A DNA stretch of 62,882 bases, the filler included. It is 8 parts of 8 records of this genome, joined end to end, with 100 filler letters (N's around TTAATTAATTAA, not from the genome) between each part and the next. Parts side by side here need not be neighbours in the genome. Positions count along the whole stretch, not along the records: positions 1 to 8,458 come from DRR723986_11380; positions 8,559 to 16,989 come from DRR723986_11392; 6 more parts are not named here. One strand, 5' to 3'. Shown piece by piece: positions 1-10,622 of the stretch. A model generated the notes under the pieces. It had not been told where the DNA came from. It did not search any database and was given only the letters and a program-made list of their open reading frames with translations. Every line of letters starts with the position of its first letter. Position 1 is the stretch's first letter. A program made the position numbers and the translations under genes.

Positions 1-261
1 GCGATTAAACTATCCTTATTCGATGGCTAGTGCACTAGTCGACATGCGGACTGACGACACAAGCTTAACACTCTACAGCCATAATTCCATCCGCAAAAAA
101 CTCAAAGCACCGCAATCCCGTGTCCAACGGCCGGAAAGTCGGTTTAAACGGCCATGGACATCTGTCAAGAACAAATAAAACAACTCACAGATGCATTTAA
201 TATTTAACACTAACGCTCTTGAACCACAGCACGGCCGCAGGAATACACACGCAAGTAAAAC

Positions 262-1998
262 CTAAGACCACCAGTCCAAATCCAAATCGGCGAAGACGGC
301 ATTACGCTGTTCACAATCCGCCAGAAATGTCTCGTCTTCTGCCGCCAGAGTTTTAGCGCTGCGCGGTTTAAGAGACGCGTACTTTGAAGCAATGGCAAGC
401 AAATGGTTAAAGTCGGAATTGTGACAGGCAAAACGTCGCTCAGCATAATCGCGCGCGCCACCGGTTGTGACGAGGAATTCCCAGTCGGACGCCTGCATTA
501 ACATGAGTTCACGCAGAGCCTGAGTTGTGATTCGGCGAAGCGTTTTATCCATGCCTGACGTCGGGTGCGACTCAATAAATTGTTTAAAGCTGTGCTCGCT
601 GCGATAGATTAGGTTCCACATCCAGGACGTATCGTCGTTAATCCACACGTCGTGATGCCCTCCATCACCCCAACTGCCTTCGGGTAAGGCCACGCGCTCC
701 TTCACCTGTAGGTACTCCAGCTGCTCCGAAGCGGTCGCCGTGGAAACATAGGGCGAATGGTGAATACCGCGCAGGACAGCCTCAATAAATGCCGGGCCCT
801 CAAACCACCAATGCCCGAACAATTCGGTGTCAAAGGTAATACACAAATTACCTTCGCGGCCATGCACGTTGTGATAGTGTGCCAGTGTGCCTTCGATAGC
901 CTTAATAAAGTGATGTGACTGATTGGCAATTTTGCCCTCGGTCCAGACGGGGTTGTAGGGCTGCTTGTACTGCATGTCCGCCTTGCTGTCGGTTACCCGC
1001 CAGTAGCGCAAATTGGAAGCTGAATACTTTTTGTGAAAATCCAGATAATCGGGATCGCCAGGATAGCCCTGTTCCCCACTCCAGACCTGCATAGCGATAT
1101 CGCGATGACGCGCCATTACATGCGCAACGGCACCGTCGGGCGTCGAGGCGGGCGCAACGGCAAAGGCAGAAAGTGCATCGCGGCGGAAAGGCCAACGCTG
1201 ATGGTCAAATTCACGTGACCAGACCGGAGCAAATTTGCCATCATCACCAATCACGCCAAGTGGGCTGACACCTTCAAGCATGTGCTCATCGGCAAAGAAG
1301 AAGTTGATGTTTTCCTCTGCGAGCAGCGACTCAATTCCGGGACGGTAGCGCGGAGTTTCGTAGGGCGCTACGGGCAAATAGGTCTGCCAGTCATACGCAG
1401 GACGGTACGCACATTCGGGAAGCCAGATTCCACGCGGTTCAACACCAAAATGACGTTTGTGCGCTGCACGCGCTGCCCGAATTTGTAAACGAATCGACGC
1501 ATCCTCGGCTACCAGAGGAAAATATGCGTGCGTGGCACCACACGTGATAATTTCAATCGCTCCCTTTTCCTGTAACTCGCGGAAGGCGCCGATGATATCG
1601 CGACTGTAGGTCTCGGTAAAGTCTGTTAAACGCTGCCCGTACCACAGCTCCCAGTATTTGGACATGGGCGCCAGATGCGCTTCGGCGGCGTCTGCATCAA
1701 AATGCTCAAAATCTTTTTGCGCGGCTTCAACTCGCTGGCGGCAATAGCGCTCAAACATTTCCGGCAATTCGGGATGTGCGATTTGCTCGCAGAGGATTGG
1801 CGACAGGTTAATTGTTACGCCCGGCCGAATGCCGTCTGACAACAGATTGTTAAACGCGTTCAGCAGGGGGATGTATGATTCCGCAAGTGCTTCACACAAC
1901 CAATCCGTGCCGTGCGGCCAGTCGCCGTGGTTGATGACGTAAGGAAGATGTGAGTGCAAGGTTAAAACCAGGTTGCCGGAGTGACGCATGTCATCCAT
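262..1998 (-). CDS. GH57 family 1,4-alpha-glucan branching enzyme (with DUF1957-type C-terminus)
   Basis: GH57 conserved regions HSHLPYV, TCGATHAYFPL, GIWLPECAY (nucleophile Glu), FDTELFGHWWFEGP (acid/base Asp), QASDWEF. Confidence 0.92.
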   Translation of the reverse strand: MDDMRHSGNLVLTLHSHLPYVINHGDWPHGTDWLCEALAESYIPLLNAFNNLLSDGIRPGVTINLSPILCEQIAHPELPEMFERYCRQRVEAAQKDFEHFDADAAEAHLAPMSKYWELWYGQRLTDFTETYSRDIIGAFRELQEKGAIEIITCGATHAYFPLVAEDASIRLQIRAARAAHKRHFGVEPRGIWLPECAYRPAYDWQTYLPVAPYETPRYRPGIESLLAEENINFFFADEHMLEGVSPLGVIGDDGKFAPVWSREFDHQRWPFRRDALSAFAVAPASTPDGAVAHVMARHRDIAMQVWSGEQGYPGDPDYLDFHKKYSASNLRYWRVTDSKADMQYKQPYNPVWTEGKIANQSHHFIKAIEGTLAHYHNVHGREGNLCITFDTELFGHWWFEGPAFIEAVLRGIHHSPYVSTATASEQLEYLQVKERVALPEGSWGDGGHHDVWINDDTSWMWNLIYRSEHSFKQFIESHPTSGMDKTLRRITTQALRELMLMQASDWEFLVTTGGARDYAERRFACHNSDFNHLLAIASKYASLKPRSAKTLAAEDETFLADCEQRNAVFADLDLDWWS

Positions 1999-2228
1999 TC
2001 CTTCTGACGGTTGGCAGCGCCCTGTTGTTCAACAGGTGCGGAATCGCTACAAAATACGGAATTTTAGTGTTATGCCGGGCCGTGTTAATCGGCCGACCAG
2101 CGCCGACCTGGAGTAAAAATGATGGCGGACTGCAAGAGCATGCGCCCTGGCCAATTAGCTGACAGCGGTGAGCGCTCTGAAAAAGACTGGATGCTGCGTT
2201 GCTGGTGGCTGACGCCACAGTGACTAAC

Positions 2229-2269
2229 AAAAATAAAAAAGGACCACCCCCGCGCTTGGGAGGTGGCCC
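2229..2269 (-). terminator. Rho-independent terminator after the DUF3467 gene
   Basis: Minus strand GGGCCACCTCC-CAAGCGC-GGGGGTGGTCC stem followed by TTTTTTATTTTT. Confidence 0.8.
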
Positions 2270-2323
2270 GATCTTAGCTTATATCAGGGCATGAGAAGCA
2301 CTGATACTGCCGGCCTGAAGGAA

Positions 2324-2650
2324 TCAGTGGAAACTTCCGCCTTCGCCGCCGACTGGGAAATTGCCCTGTGGAGCATTAACTCCGTCAGCTGCAATTTCGC
2401 CGTGTTTATTTTCGAATTTGTTGACATTATCGATCAACGCATTCATGAGCAACTTCGCATGCTGAGGCGTCATGATAATACGCGACTGCACTTTGGCTTT
2501 GGGAACGCCAGGCAGGATGCGCGTAAAATCAATGATGAATTCAGCAGCAGAGTGAGAGATGATAGCGAGGTTGGAATATGTTCCTTCGGCCTCTTTTTCA
2601 CCCAACTCAACACTGATTTGCTGCGGTTGCTGTTTGTTCTGATCCGACAT
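2324..2650 (-). CDS. DUF3467 domain protein
   Basis: AEGTYSNLAIISHSAAEFIIDF...AKVQSRIIMTPQHAKLLMNALIDNVNKFENKHGEI; start taken at MSDQ. Confidence 0.88.
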   Translation of the reverse strand: MSDQNKQQPQQISVELGEKEAEGTYSNLAIISHSAAEFIIDFTRILPGVPKAKVQSRIIMTPQHAKLLMNALIDNVNKFENKHGEIAADGVNAPQGNFPVGGEGGSFH

Positions 2651-2755
2651 GAATTTCACCTTAAACGTATCTGACTATTTGTGTGCCGAAATGGCTGATT
2701 GACCGAACATCCACCGCTATTCTGCACTTGAATACCAAGGCAGAATCCCATACGC

Positions 2756-4297
2756 TTATTTGCTGCGCAGTTTGTCGGCTTTGTCATAGGCGGTTTGCGC
2801 CTTTTCGGACTGGTCATTTTTCAGAAAGTACTGGCCCAGGAACTCGTAGTATGCAGGGTTGTCGTTGTACTTATAATCTAGTGCTTCCAGTTCGCGAACA
2901 AGAAGCTTGGCTTTGTCGGCGTCGAGGGTAACCTGGTAGATGTTAACCAGCTGCTCAATCACAGCGAAGTCACGGTCATTGCCGGGCAGGGAGCGATAGC
3001 GCTCAAAGTACTCAGCGGCAGTGCGCAGAGTCGGCAGGTAACGCTCTTCCTTGATCTCGTAGTTCTCATCTTCGGCATTTTTAGCCTGCTCTTCTTTTTG
3101 AACTTCGCTGGCTTTGTTTTTGTATGCCGCACCAACGTTGTAGAGCGCGATGTCGTACTTGTCGTCCTCTTTTAAGGCGCGTTCAAAGTACGTGATTGCA
3201 TCATCATAGCGGCCGATGTTGGCAAGCATTGTGCCGTACTGGCCCAGGTAGAGTTTGTCCTTGGGGAACTCATCTACAAGTTTTTTCGTGGCGGCCAGAG
3301 CTTCCTCGGCGCTACCGGTTTCCTCGATGATGGCAGTCTGCAGGCGCAGTGCATTCTCATCGGCAGGGTTGAGCATCAGCGCTACGTTCAGGTAACTCTT
3401 GGCTTTATCAAAGTCTTTGCTGTCGTAGAACGAAAATGCCAGAACCGGAAAGATTCCAACATCCAGGTCTGAATAACGATCGACTTCCTGAGTCAGCCAG
3501 TCGGAGGGAGCATTAAGGCGCATGCCGCGCAGCTCAAACTCGCCATTGGTTTCACGGTAGAAAATGCGGGCGACGTTGCCGTCGAGTGCATCGTAGTGAT
3601 CAATGATGATCGAATCGGCTTCACCAAGGCGGTCACCGACGGATTTATCTGGCTGGCCAAGTGTTTGCAGAGCGCGGTCGCGTGTGGTCTTGTGCTGCAG
3701 ACGCTTGTTGCGGTAAATGTCAATTACTTTGGCCTGCGCACGCGCATACTCTTCCAGTACATTAACATATGCGGGCTCATCTTCGATTTCTTTGTAGACG
3801 TAAGACTTGACGAGCATAGGCTCGTAGTTTTCAGGCTTGACCTGGAGAGCATAGTCGGAGTACTGCAAGGACTTCTCAGCATACTGACGCTTCAGTGACT
3901 CTGTTTTGGCGCGTGCCAGGGAGTCATTGAAATAGTCGTAGCCGCGGTTGTACATGTCGATCCACATGTTGTACTTGACTTGTTTGAGCAGCTCTTTTTG
4001 GGTAGGGTTTTGCAGGTTGGCGGATGCATTTTCCATTGCCTCGATCGTTCCGGGCACATCTTCCAAATTTTTGCGTACTTCTACGAGGCGGAACCAGGCG
4101 TCACCATTTTTTGGGCGCTTCATCAGTTCCTTTTCGTAGTGGCCGGCTGCTTTTTCCCAGTCTTCTTTGTTGTTGGTTTTCTTGGCTTCCCTGAGGGCGA
4201 TATTGCCGTTGGTCATCTCGGCCGACGAACATTGAAACCCTTGCGTGACGAGGCCCGCAAATACAAGGAACAGACAGATACGGATGATCGTTTTCAC
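2756..4297 (-). CDS. Exported tetratricopeptide-repeat protein
   Basis: N-terminal signal peptide ending GFQC; several TPR units (e.g. YGTMLANIGRYDDAITYFERALKEDDKYDIALYNVG). Confidence 0.8.
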   Translation of the reverse strand: MKTIIRICLFLVFAGLVTQGFQCSSAEMTNGNIALREAKKTNNKEDWEKAAGHYEKELMKRPKNGDAWFRLVEVRKNLEDVPGTIEAMENASANLQNPTQKELLKQVKYNMWIDMYNRGYDYFNDSLARAKTESLKRQYAEKSLQYSDYALQVKPENYEPMLVKSYVYKEIEDEPAYVNVLEEYARAQAKVIDIYRNKRLQHKTTRDRALQTLGQPDKSVGDRLGEADSIIIDHYDALDGNVARIFYRETNGEFELRGMRLNAPSDWLTQEVDRYSDLDVGIFPVLAFSFYDSKDFDKAKSYLNVALMLNPADENALRLQTAIIEETGSAEEALAATKKLVDEFPKDKLYLGQYGTMLANIGRYDDAITYFERALKEDDKYDIALYNVGAAYKNKASEVQKEEQAKNAEDENYEIKEERYLPTLRTAAEYFERYRSLPGNDRDFAVIEQLVNIYQVTLDADKAKLLVRELEALDYKYNDNPAYYEFLGQYFLKNDQSEKAQTAYDKADKLRSK

Positions 4298-4557
4298 GAA
4301 CAGTTACTCCGGAAAGTTATAAAGGATTGCATCGATCGAGAATGGGTTTGCATGCGTGCTACCGCTGCAGACTGCAGGGGCATGCCTCCTAAACCATGCA
4401 AGGGTGCAAAATTACGAAATGCGATTCCACCACACAAACATGGCAGCCCCAAAATTGGTGGCCCCAATTGCTGAATAAGAGCTGATGTGGAAACCAAACT
4501 AGTCTTTGCAAGCGCTACCGGTTTTGCGGCAGTCGCAGAGAATTGTAAATATTTGAA

Positions 4558-5658
4558 TCATTCTTTGACGCTTTTTTGCCCAAGCGCTTTTTTGTGCACC
4601 GGACGTTTCCCGCGCGGACGTGGCGCGCGCAACGCATTTGACGAAACAACAAAGTCCAGCCCCGAACGCTGACCCGCACGCAACATCTGGCGACCAACAA
4701 CCGCAATCATGGCCGCATTGTCGGTACAATATGTCAGTGCCGGAATCACGACCCGAATGCCATCGCGCGCTGCGCTTTCGCGCATGGCCACCCGCAGCAG
4801 ACTGTTGGCCGAAACTCCGCCGGCAACGATGATATTACTGACGCCGTGCCTGTTGGCGGCGCGCAGCGTTTTGGCCACAAGAACATCAACAATTGCGGCG
4901 CGCAGCGAGGCGCAGATGTCAGGCAAATCTGCTTCCGCCACTCCGTCGCTATGATGTTTCTGTATGTGCGTCCTAACGGAAGTTTTGAGGCCGCTAAAAC
5001 TGAAGTCCAGTGAATTGTCGTGCAGCATTGCGCGTGGAAACTTGACGGCTTCGGGATTGCCGGTCGCTGCCAGCTTATCGATTTTGACGCCGCCTGGATA
5101 CCCGAGGCCCAACATCTTGGCACTTTTGTCAAAAGCTTCACCCGCCGCATCATCGCGCGTTCCGCCAATCACTTCATAGTCGCCCCAGCCGCGTACGATA
5201 AAGAGTGAGGTGTGCCCGCCGCTGACGACCAATGCAATAAAGGGAAAACTTATTGGTTCAAAGTCTGCGGACTGTTCCTCCAGGAACGCCGAGTACACGT
5301 GGCCTTCAATATGGTCGACTGCCACCAGCGGAAGATCGTACCGGAGTGCCAGGCCCTTCGCAAAATTTGCACCTACCACGAGTGAGCCCATCAGTCCCGG
5401 ACGCGCCGTTACCGCAATGCCGCCAATTTCGGCCATGCTCAGATCGGCTTCGGCCAGCGCAGCACTAACAACCTGGTTGATGACTTTGACGTGCGCACGC
5501 GAAGCCAGTTCGGGCACAACGCCGCCCCATTTGGAATGCACCAACTGCGAAGACACGATGTTGGAGGCTAACTTGCCGCCACGCATCACCGCCGCGGAAG
5601 TCTCGTCGCACGAAGATTCTATAGCCAGGAGAGGAGTATCGGATTCAAATGGCCGCAC
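4558..5658 (-). CDS. tsaD: tRNA N6-adenosine threonylcarbamoyltransferase
   Basis: LAIESSCDETSAA, GGVVPELASRAH, HIEGH, VSGGHT, DDAAGEAFDK, CTDNAAMI. Confidence 0.97.
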   Translation of the reverse strand: MRPFESDTPLLAIESSCDETSAAVMRGGKLASNIVSSQLVHSKWGGVVPELASRAHVKVINQVVSAALAEADLSMAEIGGIAVTARPGLMGSLVVGANFAKGLALRYDLPLVAVDHIEGHVYSAFLEEQSADFEPISFPFIALVVSGGHTSLFIVRGWGDYEVIGGTRDDAAGEAFDKSAKMLGLGYPGGVKIDKLAATGNPEAVKFPRAMLHDNSLDFSFSGLKTSVRTHIQKHHSDGVAEADLPDICASLRAAIVDVLVAKTLRAANRHGVSNIIVAGGVSANSLLRVAMRESAARDGIRVVIPALTYCTDNAAMIAVVGRQMLRAGQRSGLDFVVSSNALRAPRPRGKRPVHKKALGQKSVKE

Positions 5659-5789
5659 AGCCGCATCGCTCCATTCTGTTTAAGCAGCTAAGAAAGGTTG
5701 CTGTTAACATGTTTTGCGGCCGGATTGCCGCCAAGTTACGAGTCCCAAGTTTTCACTATTGACAGAGAGACGTATCGAGTCACAAGGAC

Positions 5790-7037
5790 TCAATTAACAT
5801 TTTGCAGGTGTTTGAGTAACATCCCCAGCGCGGCTGCTACCGAACGCTCGCGATTGACGCGCCTGTCCTTCAGGAACAGAAAGTGGTGCGCCGTAACTCC
5901 ATTGGCATCCGCCAGCCCAATCCACACCGTCCCGACGGGCTTAACATCTGAGCCACCGCCCGGCCCTGCAATTCCTGTTACAGAGAGGGACAGATCAGAG
6001 CCAATAAGGTTACGAACACCCTGCGCCATTTCACACGCAGTCTCTTCACTTACCGCGCCGTGTGCCTCCAGCGTCGCAGCCTTAACGCCCAGCTGCGCTT
6101 GTTTAACTTCATTGCTGTAGCTAATCACGCCGCCGGGAAACCACGCCGAACTCCCCGAGACTTCGGTAATCGCGCCACCCAACAAGCCACCGGTACAAGA
6201 CTCCGCCACCGAAACTGTTAAACCGCGCTCCTGCAGCAGGCGGCCTACCGCAGACGCCAGACTGTCGTCATCGCGGCCGTAAATATACGTTCCTGCGCGC
6301 TGCTGAATTTCGGTCTCGACTTTGTTTAAGTGTGCCTCACCCGCCTCGCGATTGTCCGCCGTCACGCCGATACGCATGCGGACGCCCTGAACCGACGGCA
6401 AAAATGCCAGCGTCGCTCCATTCAGAAATTCTTCGGGCTCGCCAATTACATCCGCAAGAGCACCTTCCGCTACGCCGTTTGTTAACAATGTCCGGTACAT
6501 CGTGAGCTCGTCATTCTGCGAACGCTCGCGCAGCAGTGGCAACACCGCCTGCGTCATCATATTTTTCATTTCAACCGGAACACCCGGCATTGAGACTACA
6601 ATTTTACCCTGTTCACTCTCAAACAACATGCCCGGCGCCGTACCATGCTGATTGTGCAGGACACGCGCCCTGGACGGAACCATTGCCTGCTCACGCTGCC
6701 GCTCACTCAGCTGCAGATTGCGCCGCGCCAACAGCTTTGTGATGAACTCCAGCGTCTGTGCGTCTTCAATCAGCGTATCATCAAAGTACTTGGTCAAAAC
6801 CGCCTTGGTGCGGTCGTCATGGGTTGGTCCCAGCCCCCCGGTGATCAAAACTGCATCGGCAAATTTCAGCAGGCGCTCCAGTTCGGCCGTAATCTCAGCA
6901 TCTTCATCACCGACCGTCGAATGCAGCACCACAGCTATGCCTGCGCGCGTGCATTCCGTCGCCATCCAGGCCGCATTCGTATTTACAATCTGCCCAATAT
7001 TGATTTCATCGCCAATCGTCAGAATTGCTGCTTTCAT
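5790..7037 (-). CDS. cinA: Competence/damage-inducible protein A (MoCF-like domain + NMN deamidase PncC domain)
   Basis: IGDEINIGQIVNTNA, TGGLGPTHDDRT, AESCTGG, GAVSEE, SVTGIAGPGGG; start at MKAAIL. Confidence 0.95.
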   Translation of the reverse strand: MKAAILTIGDEINIGQIVNTNAAWMATECTRAGIAVVLHSTVGDEDAEITAELERLLKFADAVLITGGLGPTHDDRTKAVLTKYFDDTLIEDAQTLEFITKLLARRNLQLSERQREQAMVPSRARVLHNQHGTAPGMLFESEQGKIVVSMPGVPVEMKNMMTQAVLPLLRERSQNDELTMYRTLLTNGVAEGALADVIGEPEEFLNGATLAFLPSVQGVRMRIGVTADNREAGEAHLNKVETEIQQRAGTYIYGRDDDSLASAVGRLLQERGLTVSVAESCTGGLLGGAITEVSGSSAWFPGGVISYSNEVKQAQLGVKAATLEAHGAVSEETACEMAQGVRNLIGSDLSLSVTGIAGPGGGSDVKPVGTVWIGLADANGVTAHHFLFLKDRRVNRERSVAAALGMLLKHLQNVN

Positions 7038-7199
7038 CCCCGCCCTCGCACTGTTGTTTAGCCTGTCTGGTCCTGCTTGCAGCCTTGGACGCCTACACGC
7101 CACTTTGCCCCCTAGCTGCGAAACAAGCGCCGAAATATTGTCTCCGGCCACCGTACATTGTTGCACGCTCAACAAATCAGTCTGCCAACACTCCTCAAC

Positions 7200-8174
7200 C
7201 TACAAAGTATAACCGAGCTGTCGCAGTGCCTGCATTGCAATTTTCTGACGTATCATTGGGAAGTTTTTCATGTCAAAATCTTCGTCCGGCTCCACGTTGA
7301 CAACCACGCAGGCAATGCCATTTTCTGACTCCAGCATACCTATAAACCAGCCAATGTTAAACCCATCGCGAATCGACCAGCCGGTTTTTCCACGCAGACT
7401 TAAACCATTTGACTCCGCCAGCAGCATAATCGAGCGCATTTCCGTACGTGTTTTTTCACTTAACGGCAGCTCATCCTGCGCTAGTCTACGCGCAAATTCG
7501 AGCCACTCAAAACTTGTAATTCGCGACTTGCCTTCCAGCCAAAATTTGTCGATTGATTGATTGTTAACATCCATACCAGGAAAACCAAGTGTGTCCAGCC
7601 AGTGATTCATTTTCTCTACACCAATCGTACGCGCCAGCTCCTGATAACAGGGCACGCAGGACACCCGATAGGCTTCCACCAGTCGCAGGTCACGTTCCCA
7701 GGGCTGCATTCGTCGCGGCAAACTATCCCAGGTAAACACGTGATGTTTATTGCGCAGCACACCAGTTTCCAGGCCGACCATGGAGTTAACAATTTTAAAT
7801 GTGGACGCCGGCAAATACCCCTGGGCACATCGTTTAAAATCGTTACTAAACACAGTTTTACGGGACGAATCATAGAGCAGTACACTTCCACTCACACCGG
7901 CACTATCGAGGATTGCTCCAAACTCCGGACGCTCTTCACGTGCCATTTTTTCAACTACGGACTCAGCACGTTCGGCTTTGGGATTGGTGTTTTGCGGCTG
8001 ATCATTTTGTGGTTCGGCATCGCTCTGGCAAGCTGTTAACATGGCGAGTACAGCCAGGCCCAAGGTCAGGTTAATAATTGCGCTCCGGTTTAATTTCCAA
8101 GGAACGTTCTGGAACAGTGTTAAAACGCTCAATGTAGCACTCGCAGATGTTGGGATGTTTGTGTTCGCTGGCAT
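7200..8174 (-). CDS. Class D (OXA-like) beta-lactamase, predicted lipoprotein
   Basis: PASTFK (SxxK), SCV (SxV), FWLEG, GKTGW, GWFIG; lipobox LTAC; exact start uncertain. Confidence 0.85.
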   Translation of the reverse strand: MPANTNIPTSASATLSVLTLFQNVPWKLNRSAIINLTLGLAVLAMLTACQSDAEPQNDQPQNTNPKAERAESVVEKMAREERPEFGAILDSAGVSGSVLLYDSSRKTVFSNDFKRCAQGYLPASTFKIVNSMVGLETGVLRNKHHVFTWDSLPRRMQPWERDLRLVEAYRVSCVPCYQELARTIGVEKMNHWLDTLGFPGMDVNNQSIDKFWLEGKSRITSFEWLEFARRLAQDELPLSEKTRTEMRSIMLLAESNGLSLRGKTGWSIRDGFNIGWFIGMLESENGIACVVVNVEPDEDFDMKNFPMIRQKIAMQALRQLGYTL

Positions 8175-8458
8175 TGCAGACCCGTCAATTTTATTTACTC
8201 ACTTTAGCACAAAGGGATCACGACTTTTCGTTCGCCCCACGAAGCTACGGCCTGCGCACCGCAAAATCAAAAGATTTACTTGAGCGCTTTATGCCACCCT
8301 CCATTCTTGCGGGGGCATAGCTTTTTTGAGCTTTTTGTTTTGCGCTGATGCGGTAGTCTGCAGCACTTGAGTTTGCGCGGAGCCGCTGAGTAACAGGTGC
8401 CTGGTCTGCCGCAGGATCAGGAGCGTGACGCTGGGTAGCACCGATCACACTTGGGTGA

Positions 8459-8558
8459 NNNNNNNNNNNNNNNNNNNNNNNNNNNNNNNNNNNNNNNNNN
8501 NNTTAATTAATTAANNNNNNNNNNNNNNNNNNNNNNNNNNNNNNNNNNNNNNNNNNNN
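8459..8558. other. Artificial contig linker 1
   Basis: N44-TTAATTAATTAA-N44, stops in all six frames. Confidence 0.99.
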
Positions 8559-8684
8559 GTGGGCCCAAAGATTCATCGCAGGAGTCCGCCCAATTCCTTC
8601 TTAAACCCTGTTCTGAACCCTCATATCAAATATGCTGGCCGGCCGATGGCCCCAAAGTTTCATCGCGTGAGTCTACCCAAATTC
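8559..8684 (+). repeat. Degenerate direct repeat, two ~39-bp copies 87 bp apart at the contig edge
   Basis: GTGGGCCCAAAGATTCATCGCAGGAGTCCGCCCAATTCC (8559) vs ATGGCCCCAAAGTTTCATCGCGTGAGTCTACCCAAATTC (8646), 30/39 identical by manual alignment. Confidence 0.6.
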
Positions 8685-8990
8685 TCCCTATCCGTTTTTA
8701 ACATCCCTCAAAAACTCATGCCCGCGAGACTCCAACACGCATGTTCATCCAAGGCCCCACTCCATTCTCCCGCCACAATCCAGCCCGTCGAGTTCTGCAG
8801 TATTAAAGCATGCTCCGGTCAAGCAATTTTAACTGCGTGACTTAACTATGACCTCTAAAAAACTAGCAAAAATATAAAAGCCAGCCGCCGGCTTGTATAA
8901 GCCGAGGCGCAGCGGTCAAGCCTCAAAACACCAGAATTACACAACCTGACCAAAGCGAGTTGCAAGAAGTTAGCATTCAGCAAATGCGAC

Positions 8991-9632
8991 TCAGGGATTA
9001 CCAGAGTCCAATAAGCGCAAACCAGATTCCGTTAACACAGCGTCCAGCCTCTTGTCGTGGTTTTCAACTGGAAGTTCATTAAATTCCTGCACGTTAAAGG
9101 CAACTCCAAGACTGGTGGCCGCACAGTTCATCAGAAAACGATCGTAATATCCGCCGCCATACCCCAGACGTATTCCCCTCGGATCAAAAGCGAGCAAAGG
9201 CAGCACAACAAGATCGAGCGATGTGAAGTCCTCCGCAAGAATGTGCGCCGCATCACCTGGGCTTAAAGGCAGTGGCTCGCGAATCCCGAGTTTATTAACA
9301 GTATACTGGGTAGCCGCAGTAATCTTAACATGCTCCATTGCGCCTGGCACGCGCTTATCAACACGTGGAGCGTAGAGCTGTTTACCTGTACGTAGAACGG
9401 CCTTGCAAATAGAATCTGTGGCAACTTCACTACCAAACGACAAATAACAATGAACCTTGGTGGCCGACTTAAACAAGTCCAGCTGTTTAAACTGCTCAAA
9501 AATCAATTCGGAACAGTCATTCTGCTGTTTTTGCGATAGCGCATCACGTCGCGCGCGCGCCTGCCTGCGCAAGTCTTGTTTAAGTCGCCTGACGTCTGGC
9601 GCTCCGGAAGCCGATCCCGATGTACTTGGCAT
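8991..9632 (-). CDS. ygfA: 5-formyltetrahydrofolate cyclo-ligase
   Basis: YLSFGSEVAT, GIREP, DLVVLPLLAFDPRGIRLGYGGGYYDRFL, HDKRLDAVLTE. Confidence 0.93.
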   Translation of the reverse strand: MPSTSGSASGAPDVRRLKQDLRRQARARRDALSQKQQNDCSELIFEQFKQLDLFKSATKVHCYLSFGSEVATDSICKAVLRTGKQLYAPRVDKRVPGAMEHVKITAATQYTVNKLGIREPLPLSPGDAAHILAEDFTSLDLVVLPLLAFDPRGIRLGYGGGYYDRFLMNCAATSLGVAFNVQEFNELPVENHDKRLDAVLTESGLRLLDSGNP

Positions 9633-9660
9633 GACAGCTCAACCCATTAGACACGAAATA

Positions 9661-10566
9661 TCAGGCATACTCCTGCAGCATGCTTTCAAAGGCAACATCG
9701 AGTGGCGTGGCTTTCCAGTCCGAATAGTTTTGCAGGTGACTACTGTTAAGTGACACATCGGCGACGGTCGTAACATAACCGGGAATATCACTTACGCGTG
9801 CCTCGCGAATTTTGCTGTCGTCAATTCCGGCGATGCGGCAATAGCGGCGCACAAAGTCTACACGGTTAATACGCTCCGGGCCACCAACGTTAAAGATATC
9901 ACCGTAGAGTTTGCGTTTAATTATCTGATCAATTGCACGCGCCACATCCTTAACATAAACAGGTGTGCGGAATTGATCGGTAAACAACGTCGTCTCTTCG
10001 CCGCGCATGAGCGGTTCGGTGGCAAAACCGGGGTAACCCTCACTCCAGGGCGTGGGATTGTCAAACATGAGTGAACTGCGTACAATCGACCAGAAGGGAT
10101 ACAGCTGCTGGGCCTTCAACGCTACTTCGATTTCGCGTTTGGAACGGCCGTATTCAATAATCGGCAGCGCATCATCGGTTTCGCAGTAATTGCCGCGCAG
10201 GCCGTCATACACCAGATCCGTCGAGACAAAAATGAACGGCACTCCCAGAGCCGCGCAGACGCTGAAAACGTTGCTGCTGCCCACCACATTAACTTCGCGC
10301 GTTCGCAGGTGATTGGCCTCACACTCAGCCGGTTGCGCCAGAGCGCCCGCATGCAGAACAACATCCGGACGCACGGTACTCAGCACCGTCGCAACACCCG
10401 TTTGGTCAACAATGTCAAGCTCTACAGCCGTCGGTGCGTCCGGCAATGACTGAACCTTGGCCGGCATGCGACTTGCAAGGACAATATCGTAGCCCAGCTC
10501 AGCAAATTCGCGCCAGGCGTTCCACGCAAAAAATCCACTGCCACCGGTGATTAGAAGTGTTGGCAC
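9661..10566 (-). CDS. RmlD-like NAD(P)-dependent oxidoreductase (dTDP-4-dehydrorhamnose reductase family)
   Basis: ITGGSGFF, VSTDLVYDG, YGRSK (YxxxK), LFTDQFRTPVYV. Confidence 0.85.
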   Translation of the reverse strand: MPTLLITGGSGFFAWNAWREFAELGYDIVLASRMPAKVQSLPDAPTAVELDIVDQTGVATVLSTVRPDVVLHAGALAQPAECEANHLRTREVNVVGSSNVFSVCAALGVPFIFVSTDLVYDGLRGNYCETDDALPIIEYGRSKREIEVALKAQQLYPFWSIVRSSLMFDNPTPWSEGYPGFATEPLMRGEETTLFTDQFRTPVYVKDVARAIDQIIKRKLYGDIFNVGGPERINRVDFVRRYCRIAGIDDSKIREARVSDIPGYVTTVADVSLNSSHLQNYSDWKATPLDVAFESMLQEYA

Positions 10567-10622
10567 AGTCGCTTCATCCCCGTTACGGTATCAAATACCT
10601 GTGAGTTTGTAGAGTGAGTCCG

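Noticed and set aside
8245-8448. 67-aa ORF at the end of contig A
   Set aside because: No recognisable motif and it contains the dispersed intergenic repeat; coding status cannot be supported.
8850-9660. 6S RNA (ssrS) expected next to ygfA
   Set aside because: Only 28 bp lie upstream of ygfA, and I see no long 6S-like rod structure on either side.
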